Shown here one piece after another: positions 10,654 to 19,717 of a DNA stretch of 64,000 nucleotides. Under the pieces are notes generated by a model that saw only the letters and a program-made list of their open reading frames with translations, was not told where the DNA came from and searched no databases. The stretch is from positions 662 through 64,661 of the forward strand of contig JAFTQV010000057.1 of NCBI GenBank assembly GCA_017462605.1, read 5' to 3'. Source of the DNA: Clostridia bacterium. GTDB lineage: Bacteria; Bacillota; Clostridia; Oscillospirales; CAG-272. The stretch's first letter is position 1. Each line of letters starts with the position of its first letter. A program made the translations under genes and the position numbers.

Positions 10654-11679
10654 ATGCTGTCGTTTGAAAGTGATTATACCGTAGGCGCTCACGAAAGAGT
10701 GCTTGAGGCTCTCGTCAGAACGAACTCCGAGGTTCTTTCGGGATACGGCAATGATATACATACGGAAAATGCAAAAAAGCTCATCAAGAAAGCTTGCGGC
10801 GCGCAGAATTCCGAGGTCTTTTTCCTCGTAGGCGGAACTCAGACCAATAAGACTGTCATCGCGACTTGCCTTCGTCAGGGAGAAGCTGTTATTGCTCCCA
10901 AAACGGGGCATATAAGCCTGCACGAGGCAGGCGCTATCGAGTACACAGGACATAAGGTGATAGAGCTTGGGGCGAAGGAAGGAAAGCTTGATGCGGATGA
11001 GGTCGAGATCTATCTTGAAACCTTTTACGGAGACGAGAATAACTCTATGATGGTTCTTCCGAGGATGATATACATATCGCATCCTACCGAATACGGCACG
11101 CTTTATTCTAAAAGCGAGCTTACGCACCTCAGATCGATATGCGATAGATACGGAATGAAGCTCTTCCTTGACGGCGCAAGGCTTGGATACGGGCTAATGA
11201 GCAGAAGGACGGATGTCACACTCCCCGATATAGCCGCTCTTTGTCATGTTTTTTACATAGGCGGCACCAAGGTAGGCGCTCTTTGCGGCGAGGCGGTCGT
11301 TTTCGCTGAGGGCGAGACTCCTGAAAGATTTTTCAGCCTGACGAAGCAGCACGGCGCGATGCTGGCAAAGGGAAGACTTATAGGAGTGCAGTTCGAGGAG
11401 CTTTTCCGAGACGGGCTTTACTTTAAGATAAGCAAAAACGCCATAGACAGAGCAGAAGAGCTTCGTCAGCTTTTTGCTTCGAAAGGATACCGCTTTTTTA
11501 TAGATTCACCGACGAATCAGCAGTTTATCGTATTGAATACGGAGCAAATGGAGAGAATAAAAAAGGGCTGCGCCTTTTCATTCTGGGAAAAACTTGATGC
11601 CGAGCATACCGTCGTCAGGTTTGCGACGGGCTTCCATACCTCGAAGGAGGATATTGAGGCTCTCGGTAAAATAATATAA
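10654..11679 (+). CDS. low-specificity threonine aldolase / beta-eliminating lyase family PLP enzyme
   Basis: 341 aa. N-terminal FESDYTVGAHERVLEAL...GYGND...FLVGGTQTN pattern typical of threonine aldolases. Confidence 0.75.
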   Translation: MLSFESDYTVGAHERVLEALVRTNSEVLSGYGNDIHTENAKKLIKKACGAQNSEVFFLVGGTQTNKTVIATCLRQGEAVIAPKTGHISLHEAGAIEYTGHKVIELGAKEGKLDADEVEIYLETFYGDENNSMMVLPRMIYISHPTEYGTLYSKSELTHLRSICDRYGMKLFLDGARLGYGLMSRRTDVTLPDIAALCHVFYIGGTKVGALCGEAVVFAEGETPERFFSLTKQHGAMLAKGRLIGVQFEELFRDGLYFKISKNAIDRAEELRQLFASKGYRFFIDSPTNQQFIVLNTEQMERIKKGCAFSFWEKLDAEHTVVRFATGFHTSKEDIEALGKII

Positions 11680-11683
11680 AAAT

Positions 11684-11727
11684 GCCGCGGACGACCTCGC
11701 TTTGAGATGAATTGTCCGCGGCTTTTT
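11684..11727 (+). terminator. rho-independent terminator
   Basis: GCCGCGGAC 11684-11692 / GTCCGCGGC 11714-11722, followed by T5. Confidence 0.75.
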
Positions 11728-11746
11728 GTACACTATGAACAATTCA

Positions 11747-11764
11747 TTGTTAAGTTTTTAACTT
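11747..11764. promoter_or_regulatory. candidate Rex-type operator upstream of rnfC
   Basis: TTGTTAA-GTTT-TTAACTT against the recalled clostridial Rex consensus TTGTTAAnnnnTTAACAA (16/18). It abuts the -35 box. Confidence 0.3.
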
Positions 11765-11767
11765 AAC

Positions 11768-11796
11768 TTGACAATTAATACCTAATATAGTATAAT
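11768..11796 (+). promoter_or_regulatory. sigma-A-type promoter of the rnf operon
   Basis: TTGACA 11768-11773, 17-nt spacer, TATAAT 11791-11796. Confidence 0.6.
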
Positions 11797-11827
11797 TTAA
11801 ACGATTAAAATATGAAAGGAAAAAAGT

Positions 11828-13189
11828 ATGCGTTTTTTTCTCCACGGAGTAAAGGTTCCACATAGAAAAAATACCGAAAAGATGGCTGCAGTCAGAATGC
11901 CCGCGCCCGCATCGGTAACCATACCCATGCAGCAGCATATAGGAAAGCCGGCTTTGCCTATTGTTAAGCCGGGTGACGAGGTTTTCGTCGGCACTCTTAT
12001 CGCAGAGCAGGACGGATTTATATCGTCTCCCGTTTATTCAAGTGTCTCGGGAAAGGTAAAGTCGCTTACCGATCTTCTTATGCCCAACGGAGTAAAGTGC
12101 CGCGCTATCGTTATCGAGTCGGACGGCAATATGACTCCCGATCCCTCGGTAGCTCCCCCTACCGTTACCAATAAAGCTGAGCTTGTTGAAGCTATCAGAA
12201 GGAGCGGAACGGTCGGTCTCGGCGGCGCAGGCTTCCCGTCTTACGTAAAATTCAATATTCCCGAGGGCAAGACCGTTGACGAGCTGATAATCAACGGAGC
12301 GGAATGCGAGCCTTACATCACGAGTGATACGAGGACTATGGTCGATAAGAGCGACGATATGCTTCACGGTATCGTGACAATTCTTGATCTTCTGAATATC
12401 CCTCGCGCCGTCATCGGAATAGAGGGCAATAAGAAGGAAGCGATAGCTTCGATGAAGGCTATGGCAGAGAAGGATCCGAGAATAAGTGTCAAGGTGCTTC
12501 TCACCCTTTATCCCCAGGGCGCAGAAAAGGTCATAATTTATCACACCGTCGGTAAGGTAACTCCCGCAGGCAAGCTTCCGCTTGACGTTGGCTGTATTGT
12601 TACCAACTGTACCACGGTTGCCTGCATAGGCAATTATCTTAAGGTCGGTATGCCTCTCGTCTCCAAATGCGTGACGGTGGACGGCGGCGCGCTTAATGGA
12701 AGAGGCAACGTTATAGTTCCTATCGGTACCTCGCTTAAAGAAGTTTTTGAGTTTATCGGCGGATTTTCCGAGTTTCCCCATAAGGTGCTTCTCGGCGGAC
12801 CTATGATGGGTCATGCGGTAGCTTCGCTCGATATACCCGTTATGAAGAATACAAACGCAACTCTTGCCGTCACCGAGGACGAAATAAGAGAGAAGAAGCA
12901 TACGGCTTGTATAAGATGCGGCGCCTGCGTTTCGCATTGCCCGCTTTCTCTTAATCCTCAGGCTTATCTCAAGGCTTACAATGCAGGCAAGACTGAGGTT
13001 TTGGAGAAGCTTCGCGTGGATATTTGTATGGAGTGCGGATGCTGCTCCTTCATCTGCCCGACGGCTCAGCCTCTCGTTGAGACCAATAAGCTTGCAAAGG
13101 GGCTTCTTCGCTCGCTTGCGGCTGAGAAGAAAAAGAAGGAAGAAGAGAAAAAAATGAAGGAGGAAAGTAAGAATGTCAGAGCAGAATAA
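11828..13189 (+). CDS. rnfC: Rnf electron transport complex subunit C
   Basis: 453 aa. NADH/FMN-binding SLBB-type core (GLGGAGFPS), two CxxCxxCxxxCP ferredoxin motifs. First gene of an rnfCDGEAB array. Confidence 0.92.
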   Translation: MRFFLHGVKVPHRKNTEKMAAVRMPAPASVTIPMQQHIGKPALPIVKPGDEVFVGTLIAEQDGFISSPVYSSVSGKVKSLTDLLMPNGVKCRAIVIESDGNMTPDPSVAPPTVTNKAELVEAIRRSGTVGLGGAGFPSYVKFNIPEGKTVDELIINGAECEPYITSDTRTMVDKSDDMLHGIVTILDLLNIPRAVIGIEGNKKEAIASMKAMAEKDPRISVKVLLTLYPQGAEKVIIYHTVGKVTPAGKLPLDVGCIVTNCTTVACIGNYLKVGMPLVSKCVTVDGGALNGRGNVIVPIGTSLKEVFEFIGGFSEFPHKVLLGGPMMGHAVASLDIPVMKNTNATLAVTEDEIREKKHTACIRCGACVSHCPLSLNPQAYLKAYNAGKTEVLEKLRVDICMECGCCSFICPTAQPLVETNKLAKGLLRSLAAEKKKKEEEKKMKEESKNVRAE

Positions 13190-14111
13190 GCTTCACATCA
13201 GCGTTTCCCCTCATATATCCAATCCGAGAACGACGGCGTCTATAATGCTTGACGTTATAATCGCCCTTTTGCCAACGGCGCTTGCGGGAATAATTATTTT
13301 CGGTATACGCGCTCTGGCTGTCATCGCTGTATCCATAGCGGCGGCGGTTGCTTCGGAATCAATTTTTTGCATAATCGTTAAGAAAGAGAACACAGTACCC
13401 GATCTTTCCTCAGTGGTTACGGGATTTATCCTCGCATTGAATCTCCCCGTATCCATTCCGCTCTGGCAGGCTGCGGTAGGCTCGGTATTCGCTATAATCG
13501 TCGTTAAGTGCCTTTTTGGCGGTATCGGTCAGAACTTCGCAAACCCTGCTATGACGGCGAGAATTTTTATGATCACCGCATTTGCGGCAACGGCGTCGGT
13601 GGCTTATCCCACGATAGTTGACACGACCTCGGTCGCAACTCCTCTCGTCGAGCTTGGCTATGGGCTTCTTCCCGAGTCCTTCCTCGGTCTCTTCCTGGGA
13701 ACTGTCGGCGGCGCTATCGGTGAGGTAAGCTCGCTCGCTATCCTTATCGGCTTCGTTTACCTTCTTGTGAGAAAGGTAATAAGACCCTTTGCTCCCATTT
13801 CGTTTGTGCTTACGGTATTCATTTTCTCTCTTATTTTCGAGGGATTTGATCTTACGTATGCGCTTGCATGGACACTTTCCGGCGGACTTCTCTTCGGAGC
13901 TGTCTTTATGGCTACCGACTATTCTACCACCCCGATAACGGACGTTGGCAAGATCATATTCGGTGTCGGCGCAGGTTTTATAACCGTTGTAATAAGGTTT
14001 TTCGGAAGCTATCCCGAGGGAGTTTCTTTCGGTATCCTCTTTATGAATATCCTTACTCCCTATATCGATAAGCTTGTTGTAAATAAACCGTTTGGAGGTA
14101 AGATAAGATGA
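13173..14111 (+). CDS. rnfD: Rnf complex subunit D
   Basis: 312 aa polytopic membrane protein, NqrB/RnfD blocks, flavinylation-type SVATPL site. Confidence 0.92.
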   Translation: MSEQNKLHISVSPHISNPRTTASIMLDVIIALLPTALAGIIIFGIRALAVIAVSIAAAVASESIFCIIVKKENTVPDLSSVVTGFILALNLPVSIPLWQAAVGSVFAIIVVKCLFGGIGQNFANPAMTARIFMITAFAATASVAYPTIVDTTSVATPLVELGYGLLPESFLGLFLGTVGGAIGEVSSLAILIGFVYLLVRKVIRPFAPISFVLTVFIFSLIFEGFDLTYALAWTLSGGLLFGAVFMATDYSTTPITDVGKIIFGVGAGFITVVIRFFGSYPEGVSFGILFMNILTPYIDKLVVNKPFGGKIR

Positions 14112-14659
14112 ATAAGACAGCAAAAAGCATCGTAGTTCTTACCGTTATATCACTTGTAGTCGCGGTTGCTCTTGCGGGAGTCAACGCGTTTACCGCTCCT
14201 ATGATCGAGGCAGCGGAAAAGGAGGCTACCCGTCAGGCGCTTGCCGAGGTATACCCCTCGGAAGCAAATTTCGATCAGCTTGATATTTCGAAATACAGCT
14301 CTTTACCCACCACGGTTACCGAGGCTTATAGCTTTGAGGACGGCGGCTACGTCGTCAAGGTTTCCACTTCGGGCTTCAACGCGGGTCTTGTAGTCATCTG
14401 CGGAATAGATGCGGAAGGCAAGATCACAGGAGCTAAGTGTCTTGCATCGGGTGAGACTGAAAGTATTACGGGTAAGAGAGAATACACCTATGGCGAAAGC
14501 TTCGTTGGAGTCAGCGGCTCCGCCATTGACGGTGTAAATGCGATTTCCGGCGCTACCTATACGAGCAACGGATACAAAAAAGCGCTTAAGGATGCAGTTG
14601 CCGCTACCGAAATTTTCGGCGCTGCAGAGCCTGAAGCAAAAGAAGGAGGAGTGGCATAA
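14108..14659 (+). CDS. rnfG: Rnf complex subunit G (FMN-binding)
   Basis: 183 aa, N-terminal anchor, FMN attachment motif AISGATYTS. Confidence 0.9.
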   Translation: MNKTAKSIVVLTVISLVVAVALAGVNAFTAPMIEAAEKEATRQALAEVYPSEANFDQLDISKYSSLPTTVTEAYSFEDGGYVVKVSTSGFNAGLVVICGIDAEGKITGAKCLASGETESITGKREYTYGESFVGVSGSAIDGVNAISGATYTSNGYKKALKDAVAATEIFGAAEPEAKEGGVA

Positions 14660-15366
14660 TGAAAAAGACAACGAATAATCCGCTATCCCTTCTTATCAAA
14701 GGATTGCTTCTTGAAAACCCCGTATTCGTGCTTGTTCTCGGCACTTGCCCCACCCTCGCGGTAACAACAGGTGTTAAGGGCGCTGTCGGTATGGGCATTG
14801 CAGCTACTCTTGTTCTGATCTGCTCAAATATCGTTATTTCGCTTCTGAAGAAAATAATTCCCGATACTGTCAGAATTCCCAGCTATATTATAGTTATTGC
14901 GGGCTTTGTTACAGTCGTTCAGATGATAATGCAGGCGCTCCCCGCTCTCAAGAGCATATACGAGCTGCTCGGCGTTTATTTGCCATTGATAACGGTAAAC
15001 TGTATAATTCTCGGCAGAGCGGAAATGTTTGCCAATAAGAATACCGTGAAGGATTCCGCTCTTGACGGAGTGGGAATGGGACTTGGATTTACGGCAGCTC
15101 TTATCTCCATGGCTCTTATAAGAGAGGTACTTGGTAAAGCGAGCTTCTTCGATATCCCCCTTACCTTCCTTGAGCCCTATAAGATCTCGTTCTTGGCTCA
15201 GCCCCCCGGAGGATTTTTCGTATTCGGCGTTCTTATCGCTATCGTAAACGTTATCACAAAAGGAAAAGCACCCTTCAAAAAGGACTTCTCCTGCGAGGGA
15301 TGCCCCTCTGCCGCTCTTTGCCACGGTAAGTGCGGCGAAGGCGAAGAAAAGGAGGCTCGTGAGTAA
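14659..15366 (+). CDS. rnfE: Rnf complex subunit E
   Basis: 235 aa. RnfE/NqrD family pattern (ENPVFVLVLGTCPTLAVT, LPLITVNCIILGRAE). Confidence 0.92.
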   Translation: MKKTTNNPLSLLIKGLLLENPVFVLVLGTCPTLAVTTGVKGAVGMGIAATLVLICSNIVISLLKKIIPDTVRIPSYIIVIAGFVTVVQMIMQALPALKSIYELLGVYLPLITVNCIILGRAEMFANKNTVKDSALDGVGMGLGFTAALISMALIREVLGKASFFDIPLTFLEPYKISFLAQPPGGFFVFGVLIAIVNVITKGKAPFKKDFSCEGCPSAALCHGKCGEGEEKEARE

Positions 15367-15965
15367 TGGAACTTTTTAAAAGCTTAATAATCATTCTTAT
15401 GGGCTCGGTTCTCGTAAATAACTACGTACTTACGAGATTCCTTGGAATATGCCCCTTCCTCGGAGTATCCAAAAAGCTCGATCAGGCAACGGGTATGGGA
15501 ATATCCGTAACCTTCGTTATGCTGCTCGCGACTGCCGCGACCTGGCCTATCCAGAAGTTCCTGCTCGATCGCTTTAATCTCGGATATTTGCAAACGGTCG
15601 TATTTATTCTGGTGATCGCGACCCTCGTTCAGTTCATTGAGATAATCCTCAAGAAGTTTATTCCTTCGCTCCATAAGAGCCTCGGAGTTTACCTTCCTCT
15701 TATCACAACGAACTGCGCGGTATTGGGCGTAACGATCAATAATATTAACGATGGCTACAGCTTCCTTGAGTCTATGGTATCGTCTCTTGGCGTCGGACTC
15801 GGCTTCCTGCTTGCAATGGTGCTTTTCTCAGGCGTCAGATCCAAGCTTGAGGATGCCGATATACCCGAGGCATTCAAGGGAATTCCTATCACTCTTGTTG
15901 CCGCTTCTATAGTTTCTCTCGCATTCTTCGGCTTCGGCGGAGTTGTTGAGGGTCTGTTTGCTTAA
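15366..15965 (+). CDS. rnfA: Rnf complex subunit A
   Basis: 199 aa. RnfA/NqrE pattern (NNYVLTRFLGICPFLGVS, LPLITTNCAVLG). Confidence 0.92.
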   Translation: MELFKSLIIILMGSVLVNNYVLTRFLGICPFLGVSKKLDQATGMGISVTFVMLLATAATWPIQKFLLDRFNLGYLQTVVFILVIATLVQFIEIILKKFIPSLHKSLGVYLPLITTNCAVLGVTINNINDGYSFLESMVSSLGVGLGFLLAMVLFSGVRSKLEDADIPEAFKGIPITLVAASIVSLAFFGFGGVVEGLFA

Positions 15966-15978
15966 AGGAGGAGACGGT

Positions 15979-16770
15979 ATGACTGAATTTTTTGTAGCGA
16001 TAGCGATCCTTCTTGTAACAGGACTTATTTGCGCGGTGATCCTTGCTCTTGTCTCAAAATACTTCGGAGTTGAAGAGGATGAGAGGCAGGTCAAGGTAAG
16101 AGAAGCTCTTCCTGGCGCAAACTGCGGCGCTTGCGGATACACGGGCTGCGACGGATATGCGGAAGCATTGGCAAAGGGCGAGGCAGAGCCGCACCTCTGC
16201 GTTCCCGGAGCTAAGGCGGTAGCGGAAAAAATAGCGGAGATACTCGGCGTTGAGGCAGGCAAGGTTTCCGAGATCATGCCTTACGTTCACTGCAACGGAG
16301 TTTTTGGAGCGCTTGAGCGCCCGGTTGAATTCGAGGGGCACCCCTCTTGCGCTATTATGTCTTTGGCTTCGGGCGGACCGACCGCCTGCAAGTTCTCATG
16401 CCTCGGCGGCGGAGACTGCGCCAAGGTATGCCCAACCGATGCGATATGCATCAAGGACGGCGTTGCGAGAATAGACAGACGTAAATGTATCAGCTGCGGA
16501 GCATGCGTCAAGGCTTGCCCGAAGCACATAATCGAAATGATACCCAAGGGAGCTAGGGTTGCGGTAGCATGCTCGAGCTGCGATCCCGGCGCGGTAGCGC
16601 GTAAGAATTGTAAAAATGCATGTATCGGTTGTAAAAAGTGCGAAAAGACCTGCCCTCACGGAGCGATCACGGTTATTGACAATCTTGCAAGGATAGATTA
16701 CTCCAAGTGTACGGGCTGCGGCGCTTGCGCTGAGGTCTGCCCGACGGGTTGCATAAAGGAAAAGCCTTAA
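15979..16770 (+). CDS. rnfB: Rnf complex subunit B (poly-ferredoxin)
   Basis: Start moved to ATG 15979 (MTEFF...) behind AAAGGAGGAG. N-terminal anchor, CGACGYTGC cluster, several CxxCxxCxxxCP motifs. Confidence 0.9.
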   Translation: MTEFFVAIAILLVTGLICAVILALVSKYFGVEEDERQVKVREALPGANCGACGYTGCDGYAEALAKGEAEPHLCVPGAKAVAEKIAEILGVEAGKVSEIMPYVHCNGVFGALERPVEFEGHPSCAIMSLASGGPTACKFSCLGGGDCAKVCPTDAICIKDGVARIDRRKCISCGACVKACPKHIIEMIPKGARVAVACSSCDPGAVARKNCKNACIGCKKCEKTCPHGAITVIDNLARIDYSKCTGCGACAEVCPTGCIKEKP

Positions 16771-16774
16771 ATTA

Positions 16775-17194
16775 ATGAATGAAGAAAAGCTTTGCGCCGA
16801 GGTTGAGAATAATTCTCCTCATTCGGTGAAAAAACGTATAAGAAACGATATAATACTCGTTTTAGCTATCATACTTTTTGCCTCTATCGCTCTTCTCGTT
16901 ATGCTTGCCCTGAGAAGCGAGGGCGGAGCTGCGGTAGTGACGGTTAATGGTAAGCCGTATGCCTCACTTCCGCTTGACAAAGATGCCGAGCTTATCATTC
17001 AAGGAGAAGATGGTGGTTATAATATCCTTGTCATCAAGGACGGCGAGGCGTATATCCGCGAGGCGGACTGCCCCGATAAAATATGCGTAAAGCATAGGCG
17101 CATAAGCTACTCGGGTGAGACTATCGTCTGCCTGCCAAACGGCGTTTCTGTTAAAATAGAAGGATCGGGAGGCGGAGTCGATGCGGTATCATGA
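16775..17194 (+). CDS. NusG domain II-containing membrane-anchored protein
   Basis: 139 aa, TM anchor. ADCPDKICV...GETIVCLPNGVSVKIEG matches the NusG_II pattern. Confidence 0.7.
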   Translation: MNEEKLCAEVENNSPHSVKKRIRNDIILVLAIILFASIALLVMLALRSEGGAAVVTVNGKPYASLPLDKDAELIIQGEDGGYNILVIKDGEAYIREADCPDKICVKHRRISYSGETIVCLPNGVSVKIEGSGGGVDAVS

Positions 17195-17708
17195 AAAGAG
17201 ATTTAACGTAAGACGTCTTGTGCTTCTCGGCACATTTACGGCGATAGCTCTTATTCTTTCCTATATAGAGTTTCTTTTGCCGCCGATATGGAGCGCGGTT
17301 CCGGGTATAAAGCTCGGCCTTGCCAACGTTATGGTGATCTACGTTTTGTACTCTTTATCCTTAAAGGATGCGGCTATGGTATCGCTTGTGAGAGTTTTCC
17401 TTTCGGCAATACTCTTCGGCACAGCGCTGACTCTTGCTTACAGTCTTGCGGGGGCGGTGCTGAGTCTTGCGGCTATGGCAATATTGAAAAAGCTCGGTTT
17501 GTTTTCCGAGGTCGGTGTCAGCATAGCGGGCGCCGTGCTTCACAATCTCGGTCAGATCTTAGTCGCGGTTATCGTGCTTAGAACTGCCGAGATCGGATAT
17601 TATATGATAATCCTGACCTTGACGGGAATTCTTTCGGGGGTTTTTGTCGGGCTCGTCGGCTCGCTTCTGACGAAATATATAAAATTTGATTGGAGTAAAC
17701 AAAAATGA
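17181..17708 (+). CDS. Gx transporter family protein (heptaprenyl diphosphate synthase component I-like)
   Basis: 175 aa, 5 TM. IEFLLPPIWSAVPGIKLGLANV block. Overlaps its neighbours by 14 and 4 nt. Confidence 0.7.
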   Translation: MRYHEKRFNVRRLVLLGTFTAIALILSYIEFLLPPIWSAVPGIKLGLANVMVIYVLYSLSLKDAAMVSLVRVFLSAILFGTALTLAYSLAGAVLSLAAMAILKKLGLFSEVGVSIAGAVLHNLGQILVAVIVLRTAEIGYYMIILTLTGILSGVFVGLVGSLLTKYIKFDWSKQK

Positions 17709-18427
17709 AAAGAATACTTTCGTTTTTACTTCTCACGCTTATTCTTGCCGCAAGCGCGCTTTCCGCGGTCTCCTGCGGAGCAGCTGTTGAGGCAAAGCTC
17801 GGTATCGGAGCGATCGTTTCGGGCGCATCTAAGGACGCAACCGATGATGCAAGCGGCTCGGCAAACGTTTCCGTTACCGCTGCGGCTACACTTTTTGATA
17901 AAAACGGAAAGCTCATTGCCTGCGATATCGACGTTATAGATGCAAAGGTGACCGTCAATGCAGACGGAACGTACTCTATACCCGAGACCTTCAAGACCAA
18001 GCGCGAGCTTGGAGACGATTACGGAATGAAAATGAGCGATGATCAGCTTGAGTGGTATGAGCAGGCTCACCTTTTTGAAAGATTTGCAAAGGGAAAGACC
18101 CTCGAAGAGATCAAAAATCTTATAGATGAGAAGGGCTACGGAAAAAGCAACGTTCAGGCTGCGGGATGCACTATAAATGCCTTTTCCTTTGTACTCGCCA
18201 TTGAAGCCTCGGTGAAGGATCAGAAGACCGTCACCGTACCGAGGGGCGAAGCGCTCACGCTTAAGCTTATCCCCGATATCAATGGTAAGGCTCCTGCCTC
18301 GAGTGAGAACGGCGAATTCAATATGAATATCGGCGCTGAGGCTACCGTTGGCGAAGAAAAGCTCACCGCATCATACGGTAAGGATCACAAGTTTGATGCT
18401 AACGGCAAGTTTATCGTTGCGGAATAA
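17705..18427 (+). CDS. lipoprotein of unknown function
   Basis: 240 aa with a lipobox (LSAVSC). No family recognised, no obvious SGAT flavinylation motif. Confidence 0.65.
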   Translation: MKRILSFLLLTLILAASALSAVSCGAAVEAKLGIGAIVSGASKDATDDASGSANVSVTAAATLFDKNGKLIACDIDVIDAKVTVNADGTYSIPETFKTKRELGDDYGMKMSDDQLEWYEQAHLFERFAKGKTLEEIKNLIDEKGYGKSNVQAAGCTINAFSFVLAIEASVKDQKTVTVPRGEALTLKLIPDINGKAPASSENGEFNMNIGAEATVGEEKLTASYGKDHKFDANGKFIVAE

Positions 18428-18490
18428 AATTTCTATATAGCTATTCCGCTTTGTGATTAGCTAAAATCGGATCGAAAGAAGGAAGAAAAA

Positions 18491-19552
18491 ATGAGAGTGA
18501 AGAAAACGATCTTAGCATTATTTGCTATTGCCGCTCTCCTTTTTTCTTCCTTTTCGCTTTTTGGCTGCGAGGCTTTCGGATACAGGAAGCTTGAGCGGAC
18601 GGAGCATAGATTTTTTGATACGGTCTGCACCCTTGTTGGCTACGAGAAAAGCGAAAAGGAATTCGCTGCGGTAGCGGATAAGGTATTCACTATGCTTGAG
18701 GAGTACCATAAGCTTTACGATATCAGAAATGCTTACAAGGACATAAATAATCTTTATGAAATAAATAAGGTCGTGAACGGCAGCCACAGAAAGCTTACCG
18801 TTGACGAAAGGATCATTGATCTTATTCTTTTTTCAAAGGAAGCATATGCACTGAGCGGCGGCGCAACTAACGTTGCGATGGGTAGCGTTCTTTCGCTCTG
18901 GAGCAAGGCTAGAGAGGAATATGAGGAGCTTGGGAGCTGCAATCTTCCTTCGGAAGCCGCTCTTAAAGCCGCGGCTTTGCATACGGATATTGAAGCGGTC
19001 GAGGTAGATAGAGAGAATAGCACCGTTTATATAAGCGATCCCGGGATAACTCTTGACGTTGGCGCGACCGCAAAGGGATACGCCACGGAAATGATAGCAA
19101 GAGAGCTTGAAAATATGGGTATCTCGGGATATATGCTCAACTTTGGCGGCAACGTTAGAGTAGTTGGAAGCAAGCCATCGGGTGATGATTGGTCTGTTGG
19201 AATTGAGGATCCGAGAGCCGACTCAAAGGATCCGTTTTTAAGGATAATAGAGACTTCAAGCGCCGCAGTCGTAACGAGCGGCTCGTATCACAGATATCTC
19301 GTTTATGATGGCAAGAAGTATCATCACATTATCGATCCCGATACTCTTTATCCTGCGCAATATTATATTTCCGTCAGCGTAATTTCGGATAATTCGGGTA
19401 TGGCAGACGCTCTTTCGACTGCGCTTTTCACTATGCCGATCGGCGAAGCGCTTGACCTTATAAATTCAATTGATGGTGCTGAGGCAATGCTTCTCGATAT
19501 AAACGGAGAGTTGCATTTTTCGCAAGGCTTCGATTCTCTTACAAAAAAATAG
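18491..19552 (+). CDS. apbE: FAD:protein FMN transferase (ApbE), lipoprotein
   Basis: 353 aa, lipobox LFGC, ApbE blocks (DVGATAKGYA, NFGGNVRVVG, HHIIDP). Confidence 0.88.
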   Translation: MRVKKTILALFAIAALLFSSFSLFGCEAFGYRKLERTEHRFFDTVCTLVGYEKSEKEFAAVADKVFTMLEEYHKLYDIRNAYKDINNLYEINKVVNGSHRKLTVDERIIDLILFSKEAYALSGGATNVAMGSVLSLWSKAREEYEELGSCNLPSEAALKAAALHTDIEAVEVDRENSTVYISDPGITLDVGATAKGYATEMIARELENMGISGYMLNFGGNVRVVGSKPSGDDWSVGIEDPRADSKDPFLRIIETSSAAVVTSGSYHRYLVYDGKKYHHIIDPDTLYPAQYYISVSVISDNSGMADALSTALFTMPIGEALDLINSIDGAEAMLLDINGELHFSQGFDSLTKK

Positions 19553-19558
19553 TATTAA

Positions 19559-19604
19559 AAAGCTTTCATTCGGGGATGAGATAAGCCTCACGAAAGCTTT
19601 TTTA
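19559..19604 (+). terminator. rho-independent terminator
   Basis: AAAGCTTTC 19559-19567 / GAAAGCTTT 19592-19600, followed by a T-run. Confidence 0.7.
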
Positions 19605-19614
19605 TTATAAACGG

Positions 19615-19643
19615 TTGATTTTTTTGCTTGTGTGTGCTACAAT
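19615..19643 (+). promoter_or_regulatory. sigma-A-type promoter
   Basis: TTGATT 19615-19620, 17-nt spacer, TGcTACAAT with -10 at 19638-19643. Confidence 0.5.
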
Positions 19644-19717
19644 TAAAAGACGAAAAGTATGTGGATCGCGAATAGCGGTTTTACCATTATTGAATAAAAT
19701 AATAAGGACGGTCGAAG

